64,000 bases of DNA from Candidatus Ozemobacteraceae bacterium (GCA_965140445.1 OZ223236.1:2144001-2208000); one strand, 5' to 3'. Shown: positions 9,266 to 19,288, counted from the stretch's first letter. Made by a program: numbers and translations. The notes: generated by a model not told the origin, from the letters alone.

Positions 9266-12114
9266 GATAATCTTCTCAATATCAAAATACTTACGTCATC
9301 GTCAGGGTTTGGTGCCCATTTTTCATGAGCGGAATAAACATTTTTCCAAAATTTTTCCAGGTTTTCAGATTTACTTTGTTGGACTTCTTTTTGTAAGCGT
9401 TCAAAGCCGAATTGTTCGCCGTCCAAATTCATTGCTTCCACAATTCCATCAGAGTAAAAGAAAAGATAATCATTTGGAGCCAGAGTCCCTGAAACTACTG
9501 TGGATGGACGTTTAATTTTTACCCCAAGAGGCATGCCACAGACTTTTATATATTCAGCACTTTGGCTGTCATTTTTTAAGTGGATTGGGAAGCATTGGCC
9601 TGCGTTTGCCATTCTAAAATCTCCTGATGACAAGTCCAGCTCCATGCAAATTAATGTCATCATTCGGTTCCAACCCTTTTTCTTTAAATGAAGAAATACT
9701 TCATTGCAACGATATATCAAATCAGATGTAGAAATTTCGAAATCGATGTTGGCAAAGACCGCTTTTACCATCGACATTAAAATGGCGGCAGGAACGCCAT
9801 GGCCAGCAACATCCCCAAAAATTATTAAGGCTTTACCATTTTCAATGAAATAGTCAAAGTAATCTCCCCCCATTTTGGTCATAAAGATGGATTTAGCAAA
9901 AATTTCAATCTGGTCATTTTTATAGTTACAATCAGGGAGAAGTCCATTCTGGACAGAATTAGCAACCGCAAGATCACTCATTCCTTCCAGGGCTGTATTC
10001 ATTGCTTTCATCAAATCGCCGTATTCATCATTTGGAGGAGAAGGAATCTGGAATCTGAAGTTTCTCTCTGAAATAGCTTTTATGCCACTTTCAACCTTTC
10101 TGATTGGGGAAAGCAAGGTGTTAGAGAACCTGGCAAGCATCAAAAAAGCTATAAAAACAATCAGAAGAATTATCCCGAACATTCGGTTTCTAAGAGAATC
10201 TATTTCTGAGATCAATTCGCTAGAGGGATAGATGTGCAACAGTACAGCTTTTGTTAAGTTCGCTCCTGTCATAGCCGCAGCAACAAACGGTGCTCCATCA
10301 ATCTCCAGGCTATCTTTAAAAGCGAATTTGCGCGAAATTACTCGGTGCAACAGTCTTTTTAAATTTTTATTTTTTGAATAAAAATCAGGGAAAACCATTT
10401 CAGTGGCTTTTTCCATTACAATGATTTTTCCTGGTTTTATTGATTGGTTGAATTTTTTTAGTTCCTCATTTAAGAAAGTTCTTTGAAAGGCTTCCACATC
10501 CCAGCTACAACAAAATATTGACCAGGCTTGATCCTTAGATTTTGTTCTAAGTATTTGAATGTAAATCCATTTTTTATCGCTGCCCACATGTCTTGGGGAA
10601 ATTTTTCCAAAATCGTGCATTAACTCGTAAAGAAAATCTTCTTCATTAGTAAAACCCTGAGAATCAAAATCTGAATATCTAAACATAATTTTGTTTGATT
10701 TGTTAATTGCTTCTAAAATCTTGGAAAAATAGGTAACAAGCCTTAGCCTTGATTTATCTTCTAAAGAAGAGCCACCAGAGACAAAGATTTGTTTGTTCTC
10801 TCCCAGCAATGCAAACTCGCTTGGGTTTAAACTTGTGACAAAACTTTCCATCTCTGCCAAAGTTGTTTGATCCCAAACCTGTCTTGAGCATGCACTTTCC
10901 AGATCCTTGATTTTTCTATTTAGTCTGTCTGCCAATGATTTTGTTGTCATAGGAAGCCTGGAGTCAAAATCCTTTAAAATGCGTATTGACTCGGAATGTG
11001 TCTGATTTACCAAAGATTGCTGTTTAAATTGGAAATACTCCAGGCTGGTTGATATTAAAATTATTAGAGGCAGGCCATTGGCAAATAGTAAAAGCAACCA
11101 GAGGCGAGTTTTTATTTTTAAACTAAATGCGCCTGAAGTAAGGCTATAGCAATAAAAGATAAATATAAGAACAGAAAAGATGCTTGCTAACAAAAATAGC
11201 CATTTGTTTTTATGAATTTCATAAGGGGTTAGAAAATTTTTCTTTTGCAGATAGCTAAAAAGCAAAATTCTGGGAGATGCCAGGCGAAAGTGAATAAGAT
11301 AGTTTTCATTTTCCTGCAACGAAAAGGTGGATTTAAAAAAATTTATTGCCTCAAGCTTAAACGGAATTTGATCCGTTTTTGCCAATCCAAATGGGGTGTA
11401 GTCTGGTAGCAGAAAAAAGCCAAGCTTGATCAAACTTCTACTTCTGTTTGTCCGGTTAACAATGTATCTGGCGCCAATGTTTTTTCCTTTGAATTCCTGT
11501 GAAATCTGGCAGCAGAAAGTAAAGTTTTTGCCTGATTGAAACCATAAAAAACCTTTATCTTTATCAACGCTAACAGAAAGTGCTGAACCCAGATGGGCTT
11601 CATAAAATGGCTGACAAAGAAGGTTTAAAGGGAGGAAACTTCCAATGTAGCTTCTGAAAAGTTTAAGGTTCTTTTGAAGAGATGGAATCTGTCCGGGAGT
11701 TGGTGGAAAAGTCTCAGCAAAGTGCTTTTCCAGAGTTTTTATTCCTTCAAACCATTTCTTAAGTATGTAAGCGAATTTCTTTTCATCTGTTAACGACTTA
11801 ATTATTTTCCCATTTTTGTCCCAGAAGATTTGCTTTATTTTGCCTCTGAAAATTTTTTTCAGGTTTCTTTTTAACTGGGCAGGGGCATTTTTGCTATCAG
11901 CTTTTCTAAACTCTTTTTGTAATAAGTTGTGGAAAAAAACAGGATCTTCATGAAAGTCAATTAACGGATCAATTGCTTCTTCAAGTAGAGTCGAGGCCTT
12001 TTTGTAATCATTCTGAAATTTAAGTTTGTAGTGGCTTTCTATTCCTAAATTAACTAGATAGAAAGGTATAACCAGAAGGAAAAGAACTCTGGCAAGCCAA
12101 TTTAACAAAATCAA
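9262..12114 (-). CDS. Multi-pass membrane sensor, HAMP + SpoIIE/PP2C phosphatase
   Basis: Same architecture, with MGGDYFD, GDVAGHG, YSDGIVE and DDVS. Its stop overlaps the next start (ATGA). The start position is uncertain. Confidence 0.9.
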   Translation of the reverse strand: MILLNWLARVLFLLVIPFYLVNLGIESHYKLKFQNDYKKASTLLEEAIDPLIDFHEDPVFFHNLLQKEFRKADSKNAPAQLKRNLKKIFRGKIKQIFWDKNGKIIKSLTDEKKFAYILKKWFEGIKTLEKHFAETFPPTPGQIPSLQKNLKLFRSYIGSFLPLNLLCQPFYEAHLGSALSVSVDKDKGFLWFQSGKNFTFCCQISQEFKGKNIGARYIVNRTNRSRSLIKLGFFLLPDYTPFGLAKTDQIPFKLEAINFFKSTFSLQENENYLIHFRLASPRILLFSYLQKKNFLTPYEIHKNKWLFLLASIFSVLIFIFYCYSLTSGAFSLKIKTRLWLLLLFANGLPLIILISTSLEYFQFKQQSLVNQTHSESIRILKDFDSRLPMTTKSLADRLNRKIKDLESACSRQVWDQTTLAEMESFVTSLNPSEFALLGENKQIFVSGGSSLEDKSRLRLVTYFSKILEAINKSNKIMFRYSDFDSQGFTNEEDFLYELMHDFGKISPRHVGSDKKWIYIQILRTKSKDQAWSIFCCSWDVEAFQRTFLNEELKKFNQSIKPGKIIVMEKATEMVFPDFYSKNKNLKRLLHRVISRKFAFKDSLEIDGAPFVAAAMTGANLTKAVLLHIYPSSELISEIDSLRNRMFGIILLIVFIAFLMLARFSNTLLSPIRKVESGIKAISERNFRFQIPSPPNDEYGDLMKAMNTALEGMSDLAVANSVQNGLLPDCNYKNDQIEIFAKSIFMTKMGGDYFDYFIENGKALIIFGDVAGHGVPAAILMSMVKAVFANIDFEISTSDLIYRCNEVFLHLKKKGWNRMMTLICMELDLSSGDFRMANAGQCFPIHLKNDSQSAEYIKVCGMPLGVKIKRPSTVVSGTLAPNDYLFFYSDGIVEAMNLDGEQFGFERLQKEVQQSKSENLEKFWKNVYSAHEKWAPNPDDDVSILILRRLS

Positions 12115-12138
12115 ACTCCATTACATTTGTATGTTCAT

Positions 12139-12187
12139 GCTTGTCTTAACCTGAATTTTAGTTAATATCAATCAGATTAAGACAAGC
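12139..12187. terminator. Long inverted repeat downstream of the VOC gene, probable terminator or stabilising hairpin
   Basis: GCTTGTCTTAAcCTGA (12139-12154) and TCAGaTTAAGACAAGC (12172-12187). Confidence 0.5.
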
Positions 12188-12216
12188 TTTGGGTTAGCTG
12201 TTTCTACGATTAAAGT

Positions 12217-12567
12217 TTATTCAGACCAAATTGCGTAATCATTTCCGTCAGATGTTCTGAAATGAAAGCGTCTTCCCCCAGGGAATGTGTATATTTCTCT
12301 GGTAATCTCTGCTCTAAGACTTTTTACTTTTGCAAGAGTGTCTTCAAGGTTTTTTGTATAAAAAATAATCAAAACTGATCCTGTTTCTGTTTGCGATGGA
12401 ACTTCAGATTTGTAAAATCCTCCGGTTATTCTCCCATCGTCAAAACATGTATACTCAGGTCCGTAATCCGCAAATTCCCACTCCATTAACTTACCAAAAA
12501 AACTTTTGGCCACATCAAGATCTGTAGTAGGAATTTCTATGTAATCTATTTTTCTATCGTTTGGCAT
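12217..12567 (-). CDS. VOC / glyoxalase-bleomycin resistance family protein
   Basis: KIDYIEIP...AKSFFG...WEFADYGPEY...FPGGRRFHF. GAGGAG SD upstream. Confidence 0.9.
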   Translation of the reverse strand: MPNDRKIDYIEIPTTDLDVAKSFFGKLMEWEFADYGPEYTCFDDGRITGGFYKSEVPSQTETGSVLIIFYTKNLEDTLAKVKSLRAEITREIYTFPGGRRFHFRTSDGNDYAIWSE

Positions 12568-12785
12568 ATTTTTCTCCTCATCAAATTAAAACAGACATAC
12601 AAGCAAATTTCTCAAGCCTGCATTAAACCATAATTCTCATTATATGCCTTTGAACAATTATGAGCAATCAAGAGGATAATTTTGTCGTAAAATCGTTAAA
12701 AGATGGCTGGTATGAAGAATGCAGCAAGGCTATAGTTGTTTTTTAGCAATTTTGTTATGATGCTGGTCATAAAAGGAGAAAAATT

Positions 12786-13097
12786 ATTAAAGCTTTTACT
12801 GAAAGTGTTATTACCGCAATCCAATCAATAGAGTCGGGCTATGTGGCTTCTTATTCTCAAGTTGCTGCTTTTGCAGGTAATCCAAAAGGAGCTCGCCAGG
12901 TTAGTCGAATTTTGCATTCATGCTCTAAAAAACATTCCCTGCCTTGGCATAGGGTTATAAATTCAAGAGGAATGATCTCATTGGGGGGAATTGGCGGGGA
13001 AGTCCAAAAACAGATGCTTTTGGATGAAGGCGTAGAGTTTGATGAAAGTGGAAAAATTGATTTAACAAAATTTGGATGGTATAACCAGCAAAATTAA
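12786..13097 (+). CDS. Alkyltransferase-like (ATL / MGMT family) DNA base-flipping protein, probable ATT start
   Basis: VASYSQVA...GARQVSRIL...LPWHRVINSRG has Trp in place of the MGMT catalytic Cys, as in ATL proteins. SD AAGGAG at 12773-12778, and the family-like N-terminus FTESVI lies upstream of GTG 12843. Confidence 0.85.
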   Translation: MKAFTESVITAIQSIESGYVASYSQVAAFAGNPKGARQVSRILHSCSKKHSLPWHRVINSRGMISLGGIGGEVQKQMLLDEGVEFDESGKIDLTKFGWYNQQN

Positions 13098-13120
13098 TTT
13101 TAAAGCTGATCTCCCAGTCT

Positions 13121-13705
13121 TCAAGGAGTTCCTGGCATTGAGGGATTTTGTTTGGGATTTTCTTTTGGCGGCTCTCTTGATGGCCCGGTATTTTTGAAAA
13201 CCTTGTTAAATGTGGGAGTTTCTATTTTTTCCTTAGTGAAGTCGATGGTTTTTATGCTTTTTTTTCTTTTTATCTCTTCAAGCACAGCTTTAAAGGGTTT
13301 TACTTCTTTGTAGTTTTTCGGATCCCAAAATGAAAGTACTTCAAAATCGTCGTGCTTAAAAAAGTAGTTCTTCAGGTCATTAATATATTCCAAAGGCACA
13401 ATTCCACTTTTGAGAACCAAAAAGAATTGTTTCAATGATTCCTCTGAACCAATTTCTCTCAAAGCTATCATTCCGCTTTTAAACTCTACCTTTTTCTGGT
13501 TCCCTGCAAGCATTTTTAAATGCTCTCTTAAATAGTCTAACTGATGGGGATTTGAAGCAACGAGTTGGGTGGTTATGGTAATTGCTTTTTCAAAATCACC
13601 TTCGTAAAAAAGTTCATTGTATTGATTTACAAGATCAATACTTACCTGTGAAAAGGCGCTTATATGAACTGAAAAAAAGAAGATTATAAATAGAAGTTTT
13701 TTCAT
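13121..13705 (-). CDS. Hypothetical exported protein, TPR-like
   Basis: Signal peptide MKKLLFIIFFFSVHISAFS, helical ELFYEGDFEKAI...NP segment and a Pro-rich tail. Confidence 0.65.
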   Translation of the reverse strand: MKKLLFIIFFFSVHISAFSQVSIDLVNQYNELFYEGDFEKAITITTQLVASNPHQLDYLREHLKMLAGNQKKVEFKSGMIALREIGSEESLKQFFLVLKSGIVPLEYINDLKNYFFKHDDFEVLSFWDPKNYKEVKPFKAVLEEIKRKKSIKTIDFTKEKIETPTFNKVFKNTGPSREPPKENPKQNPSMPGTP

Positions 13706-13818
13706 CAAATCCTTCTTCAGACTTTATTTCTAATAATAACTCAAACAGGAATTCTGCTCAACTTTTGCTTTCAAATTTTCTTTTGGACTGGCATGATGAT
13801 TTGGATTGGTGGACAAGC

Positions 13819-14400
13819 CTAAAAAAGAAGAGGCTTGTTTGTAATGGCAAGTGCAATGTCGTCTCCTGAATAGCTTTTATCGATGATTTTTTCCCATTCG
13901 TCAAATTTTGTGTCAACTCCTGCAGACCATAGCCAAAGTTTGTTATCAAAAAAAACATATTTAATTGGATTCCCAAAGCTGTCTTTCATAAGGTTTTCGG
14001 GTAGGGTTTCCAGGTATGGGCCTTTCCATTTTTGCTTATAAAGCTCCTCGTCCATTCCCTGCCATGGAAAAGCTTTCTGAAGATGCCCAACTTTATCTGA
14101 CACAAGCACATTTGAATTTTCTGTAAAGCCAAGAATCAAATCCTGTGAATAGTTAAGGTTAGATTCGCTATATTTTTCTCCGATGTGGGGAAATCGGCCT
14201 ATGTCTTTCTGGTAATTTATCAGAGCGGAGCGCAGGTCATACATGATTGCCTTTGTTGAACTTCTTAGTCCGACTGGGGTACTCACTCCAAGCTTTAATC
14301 TTGGAATAACAAACATAAAGAATGCAACGGTAGCAAGAAGAGCTAAAATTATCAGCACTCCTTCTCCCGGGCCAGAGCTTTTGTTTGAGCTAGTCTCCAT
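13819..14400 (-). CDS. Type II secretion protein G (GspG)-like pseudopilin domain protein
   Basis: N-terminal TM, LRSALINYQKDIGRFP, WKGPYLE, KDSFGNPIKY and LWSAGVD resemble the T2SS-G domain. Confidence 0.7.
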   Translation of the reverse strand: METSSNKSSGPGEGVLIILALLATVAFFMFVIPRLKLGVSTPVGLRSSTKAIMYDLRSALINYQKDIGRFPHIGEKYSESNLNYSQDLILGFTENSNVLVSDKVGHLQKAFPWQGMDEELYKQKWKGPYLETLPENLMKDSFGNPIKYVFFDNKLWLWSAGVDTKFDEWEKIIDKSYSGDDIALAITNKPLLF

Positions 14401-14402
14401 AG

Positions 14403-16043
14403 CTAATTTTTACTGATTCCAGTTTTTTCTAAACAAATTCGGTAGCCCATCAAAAAAGCAGCATCAAAATCTATTTGCAAAACAATTTCATCCCCATCAA
14501 TTGTCTCAAAATTACAATTTGGAGCTCCTGTTGCAAGAAGACCAGCCATGCCAATGTTGTTTCTGGAAATCAAAACGAAATTTCTTTCTGGAGAAAACTT
14601 GTTTCGCAGAAATACTGTTGCTTCTGCCTTTCCAGAGCGGCCAAAATAACCATCTTTGTTAAATTCCATGCTGGTAATATCTAAGTCTCCCAGTGCCGCT
14701 TCAAACTGGACAAAATGCATTTTCGGGGGAAGGTCGATATGGAGCCGTCCCATTGAATCAAGCGATGCGCCTTCTCCTGGATCATTTGTAAGAGTAAACT
14801 TTGCTTTTTCTGGGAGCTGAGAAAGTTTTTCTTTTCGCAGCATAGTTCTGGCACCTAGCAAAATGGCACCGGGAAATTGCCCTCCAAGTCTAGCTCCTCC
14901 TCCAAATAAAGGCACAAGTAAACCTTTTTCAATATCGTTAAAGGCTGTTTCAGGCGTAAAAATTTTTTCAAGGAACTGCGGATTTTTGTAATCTGGGATA
15001 AAAACTAGCTCTAACTCATGGATGTTAGCAGTAGTTTTAGAAAATTCGCCCTTTCCAATATTGGTAAGGCGAAATTTCTCACCGTAGATCATACCAAAAG
15101 TTCGTAGGCCATTATGCAAGGTTTCATCTTCCGGATTAGTTTTTGGACGTATTTCTGAGAATTTAGCCTTGCTGCTACGATCTACCCACTTATGCCATAA
15201 GCCAGTTGCTTTGTTTTTTAACTCGCAAAGAATATATGCGGCATTTGGATCAAATGCTTCTGGGTCCTCTGGATTTACAGCCCGGGAAGGGTCTTTTCTA
15301 TGCTTAAGAACGGCATATAATAAATGCTTGTTCTGAAACTTTTTTGGAATCAAAAAGTCAAAAGAATGGTTTTGTTCTAACTCCAAACCTTTTGATGAGT
15401 CTAGTGTGTATCTTATTGCCATGCTATTAAGCTGTTTATATCTCTTGAATAACTTAATGTTTTCTTTGGGAACTCTATTGCCTTCTCCCAAGAATGAAAT
15501 TCCAACTTTATGGATGTAACTAGCCGCAAGATTTTTATTGCCTGTTGCATGATTTTCAACTCTAAGTGCGTCGACCAAAAAATCACCTACAAATTGTGGA
15601 AAATTATACAGGGTGTTTTTTTTAGGTTTGGTTGGAAGTCTATTCGCAGATCTTTTATCTGATCCGAACTGATCTTTCCATGTTTTCCATTGATCATTTT
15701 TCAAGTCGTGGGCTTTTACTCTTATCCATGGATTACTTTTATCCATTCCATTTTGATCTGGGTCAAAATACAAAGGATTCTTCCTATGCTCAATGTATAC
15801 GTAGTTAATCTTTCTTGTCTTGAATTTTTGAGGAATTAGAAATTCGAAATATTGATCTGGTGGTAATTTTAATCCACATCTTGATTCTGAAATATACTCA
15901 ACCGTATCAATATCAAGTTCTTTCCATTTTTTAAACTGGTGCCTTTTAATTAAGGGGCTGTTTTCTTCTGAAAGCAGCATACACGCAGAAGAAAGCAACA
16001 ATGCGATGGTTGCAAAAAGAAGCTTTGATAGTATTTTTTTCAT
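14403..16043 (-). CDS. Hypothetical exported protein with an internally duplicated domain of about 130 aa
   Basis: 546-codon ORF with a signal peptide and two aligned repeats (see findings). Confidence 0.75.
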   Translation of the reverse strand: MKKILSKLLFATIALLLSSACMLLSEENSPLIKRHQFKKWKELDIDTVEYISESRCGLKLPPDQYFEFLIPQKFKTRKINYVYIEHRKNPLYFDPDQNGMDKSNPWIRVKAHDLKNDQWKTWKDQFGSDKRSANRLPTKPKKNTLYNFPQFVGDFLVDALRVENHATGNKNLAASYIHKVGISFLGEGNRVPKENIKLFKRYKQLNSMAIRYTLDSSKGLELEQNHSFDFLIPKKFQNKHLLYAVLKHRKDPSRAVNPEDPEAFDPNAAYILCELKNKATGLWHKWVDRSSKAKFSEIRPKTNPEDETLHNGLRTFGMIYGEKFRLTNIGKGEFSKTTANIHELELVFIPDYKNPQFLEKIFTPETAFNDIEKGLLVPLFGGGARLGGQFPGAILLGARTMLRKEKLSQLPEKAKFTLTNDPGEGASLDSMGRLHIDLPPKMHFVQFEAALGDLDITSMEFNKDGYFGRSGKAEATVFLRNKFSPERNFVLISRNNIGMAGLLATGAPNCNFETIDGDEIVLQIDFDAAFLMGYRICLEKTGISKN

Positions 16044-16047
16044 TGTC

Positions 16048-17772
16048 CTATTCTCCCATCAGTTTATTGAAAGCCATGAATTTACTTGCAATTTGGGTGG
16101 AGCAATTTTCTCTTTTGGCTTCCAGATAATCCAGCCACCTGATCAATCTTTTCTTTTTTAATTCTGAATAGGCTCTGTAATAAGCTGTATTAAAAAAATC
16201 AGGGCCAGTTTTTTCTATGTTACGAGATATTTTTTCCATTAACTTTTCAAGTGCATGTTTTTTGTTGAAAGCCAGCTTGTAAAGCCGATACCATTCTGGG
16301 TGGGTTTCCTTTAATAAAAAGCCAAGATATGCAATTCTGAAGCCTTTGTCCGTAGAAAAAGGGGCTTCAATTATTAATTTGTTAAGTGTTCTCATAAAAC
16401 CAAAATTCTTATCAGCGCCTTCCATTGCATTCAGAAAGGTTTGTTTTGAACCCTTTGGAATAATTATCCCTTGCAAAAACTCTTTAACGCCAATTGACTG
16501 ATTAATTCTTACTTCATTGTTTACCAGATTGCCCCTGAATTTTTCTTTCATAAAAACAAATCCGGGCTCTAGCTCTGGTGAGTCGTTTAATACTCCATAT
16601 TTACACAAGCTTTTATCTAGTAAGCTGAAGTAGTTAGATTTACGTGGTTCCTTCATCCATAATAAGCGCCGCAAATAGTTTGATCCAAAACCAGGCTGTT
16701 GAAACTTATTAATTGCAAACAGTCTCCCATTGCCATCATCCGTTGGATCTATGCTATAGCTAGGGTAGTATTGCGCTTCTTCAAGGCAATAAACTAACTT
16801 TGAAAAAATAAGCCTTGGACATGGGACATTTACTCTTGTTGTTTGCCATGGATCATCAAAATAGTTGATACCTGGTCCTATCGTTAAAAAAACGATATTA
16901 TTTTGTCCACTTCCAATATCGGTTTGGGCAACTCTTTTTGGGTTTAGTTTTACAAACGATGGTACCCATCCTCTTTTTGTTCTTTCATCTTGGGAATACA
17001 GGTATTCATCTTCGAGTAGTATTTTACTGATTAGTTTTGCGTCTTTATAGATTTTATCGTTCCAGTCTTTGACATTTTTATTTAGTGTAAGTTTATGAAT
17101 TGGGTAGAAAGATGATTTTGGAAAGTCTTTGTTTAATGGAGACTCAAAAAAGTAATTTACCAATCCATAATAATTGTCCCTGAGTAAAAAATATCGATTC
17201 TTCTTAACTTGTTTGCAAAGTTTGATTGGTTTTAAAAATGCTTTTTTTATGACTTTGGAAACATCTTTGTGATTGGTCATATCCTTTATCAGGATTTTGA
17301 GTTGAAGATAGCCTAGATCACTTGTAAATGATTCATTTGGCAGGCTTTTGTAAATGTAAGGGACAAAGACAACCTTTATTTCAGAATCTTTAAATTTAAG
17401 TCTGCTAACTTTTGCCATTCCTTTTTCGTAGAAAACTGAGCCATCTATTCGAAAGCCTTTGAATGGGGTAGGGCGACCGTTGATTATACTTTTGACCAAA
17501 TAGTTTGTTTGTATTGGAGTTAGTTTTCCGCGCAAAACAAAATATTTTTCATCAATTGAAGCCAGAAAATTTAATACAATTGGTCGCTCATAGTCCTCTG
17601 GGTTAGTAAGAAATATACTTAAGCACTTTTGTTTATCTGCAACTAATTCTTTTAATTGACTCGAAAGGATTTTTTGAGGAAAAAGCTTGTCAATTTCAAA
17701 TCCACCAGCCTGTAAGAAAGGAAGTTGAAAGCAAAGCAAAAAAAATGCAAAGATTCTGTATTTCCGGATCAT
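16048..17772 (-). CDS. Hypothetical exported protein
   Basis: 574-codon ORF with a signal peptide, co-oriented and tightly packed with its neighbours. No family recognised. Confidence 0.7.
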   Translation of the reverse strand: MIRKYRIFAFFLLCFQLPFLQAGGFEIDKLFPQKILSSQLKELVADKQKCLSIFLTNPEDYERPIVLNFLASIDEKYFVLRGKLTPIQTNYLVKSIINGRPTPFKGFRIDGSVFYEKGMAKVSRLKFKDSEIKVVFVPYIYKSLPNESFTSDLGYLQLKILIKDMTNHKDVSKVIKKAFLKPIKLCKQVKKNRYFLLRDNYYGLVNYFFESPLNKDFPKSSFYPIHKLTLNKNVKDWNDKIYKDAKLISKILLEDEYLYSQDERTKRGWVPSFVKLNPKRVAQTDIGSGQNNIVFLTIGPGINYFDDPWQTTRVNVPCPRLIFSKLVYCLEEAQYYPSYSIDPTDDGNGRLFAINKFQQPGFGSNYLRRLLWMKEPRKSNYFSLLDKSLCKYGVLNDSPELEPGFVFMKEKFRGNLVNNEVRINQSIGVKEFLQGIIIPKGSKQTFLNAMEGADKNFGFMRTLNKLIIEAPFSTDKGFRIAYLGFLLKETHPEWYRLYKLAFNKKHALEKLMEKISRNIEKTGPDFFNTAYYRAYSELKKKRLIRWLDYLEAKRENCSTQIASKFMAFNKLMGE

Positions 17773-17844
17773 ATTGCGCGCCTTGTTTTTTTATACAGGT
17801 TACTGTATGCGAAGTAAAAAAGTCCAGAAAGTAGAGCCCATGTG

Positions 17845-18255
17845 TTAATTGCCGGTTTTGTTTTGCAAGGTAAAACGTTTAATAACTTCCTTTGGAGGTC
17901 GAATGGGCTTTCTCTTTGCAGAATCAACAAATACGTGGGTGGTGTATCCATTTGCTATAAGAGTTTCACTTCGCCGAACTTCACAACTGATTTTGATTCT
18001 AGCCCCTTTTAACTCTTCAAACCAGGCTGAAATGGTCAAAAGGTCGTCGTAGTGGGATGGGCTGAAATAGTCGCAATGGGCTTCCTTTATAGGCAGCATA
18101 TAACCGAGGCTTTCAAGCTCAAAATAGGTAAAACCAGCTTCTCTCATTAACTCGTTTCTTGCTCTTTCAAAGTAAACCAGATAATTTGCATAATAAACAA
18201 CAGACATCTGGTCTGTGTCTGCATAAGGTACTCTGTATGAAATTTGTGTTTTCAT
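17845..18255 (-). CDS. Acyl-CoA thioesterase, YbgC/FadM (4HBT) family
   Basis: RVPYADTDQMSVVYYANYLVYFERAR motif. Start taken at ATG 18255 after GAAGGA. Confidence 0.9.
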   Translation of the reverse strand: MKTQISYRVPYADTDQMSVVYYANYLVYFERARNELMREAGFTYFELESLGYMLPIKEAHCDYFSPSHYDDLLTISAWFEELKGARIKISCEVRRSETLIANGYTTHVFVDSAKRKPIRPPKEVIKRFTLQNKTGN

Positions 18256-18373
18256 TGGATCCTTCGCTTTAATGTATGATCTTCGACAGGCTAATTCTAA
18301 AAGAAAAACTTTGCAACCAATTCCTTGTAGAGTATCCTGAATACTAGGAAAGACAATAATCAGGAGAGAATTA

Positions 18374-19273
18374 ATGAAAATTCTAAAAGTGCTTTTTTTG
18401 GGAGCATGCATTTGTTTGCTGCCAACTAGCTTAGTTGCCCAGACCTCCACAGAAGATTATTCCCTTTTGAGCCAGGGTAATCTTGAGCCGCCTCCGCCAC
18501 CAGCGGGCTATGGTTCACCAATTCCCGAATTGGCCCCAGTTCAGCCACCATCTCCGCCAATGCTTCCCCAGAGAACTGGTTCAACGCCCCCCGCAGCAAA
18601 TTTCTCTGAAAAGTTTGTTCGCGCACCGAAGGGAACTGAATTTATTCAGGGAATCTCAATTGAACAGGAAAAGCGAGTGGCTAGATTGATTCGGTCTTTG
18701 TATACCTGTAGGACAGTTATAGACAATCCTGAAAGTGCAGCTCACTTAAGACGAATTTATAATATTGGAAATACTTGTACTGAAATCCTTGGTTTGGCTA
18801 AGTTTCCAGTGGCTACAAAATTTTCTGTCAGTTCAAGAGATCGTGTTATTAGAGATCGATCCTATGGAGCTGTTGAATATAGAAATTTTGGGGATTTTGA
18901 TCATCGTCTGAATGGCTGGGTAAAACCTATTAATACCGCTGTTTATGTAGATTTGATTTTTGAGGCTAAAGGACGCCGCCGAAGTCATGTGCGAGCACAA
19001 TTCACGCGCACAGGAACTTTTACAGGAACTTTTTATGCCTATGGATGGGATAAATATTCAAGACCATGGAAACTTCAGGGACAGTTGAAAGAAGTTTTAA
19101 CCCGCGATAATGGCTTACCATCAATGGGAAGCATGGAAATTTATGGTGCAGACCCCACTGGTAAAACAATGAAGCTCGCTTTAGATTTTCCAATAAGAAT
19201 AATTGGAATGAGAGATGCCCCTAGAAAACAAATCCGGCATCGCTATGGCGTGCCGGTTCATATCGGAAAATAA
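18374..19273 (+). CDS. Hypothetical exported protein with a Pro-rich N-terminal segment
   Basis: SD AGGAG, signal peptide, PPPPPAG...PPSPP linker, then a globular domain. Confidence 0.75.
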   Translation: MKILKVLFLGACICLLPTSLVAQTSTEDYSLLSQGNLEPPPPPAGYGSPIPELAPVQPPSPPMLPQRTGSTPPAANFSEKFVRAPKGTEFIQGISIEQEKRVARLIRSLYTCRTVIDNPESAAHLRRIYNIGNTCTEILGLAKFPVATKFSVSSRDRVIRDRSYGAVEYRNFGDFDHRLNGWVKPINTAVYVDLIFEAKGRRRSHVRAQFTRTGTFTGTFYAYGWDKYSRPWKLQGQLKEVLTRDNGLPSMGSMEIYGADPTGKTMKLALDFPIRIIGMRDAPRKQIRHRYGVPVHIGK

Positions 19274-19288
19274 ATCTTAGAGAAATCG

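Noticed and set aside
12660..12746. 28-codon ORF in frame upstream of the ATL gene
   Set aside because: No SD and no recognisable features. Read-through of the TAG is not needed to explain the ATL N-terminus.
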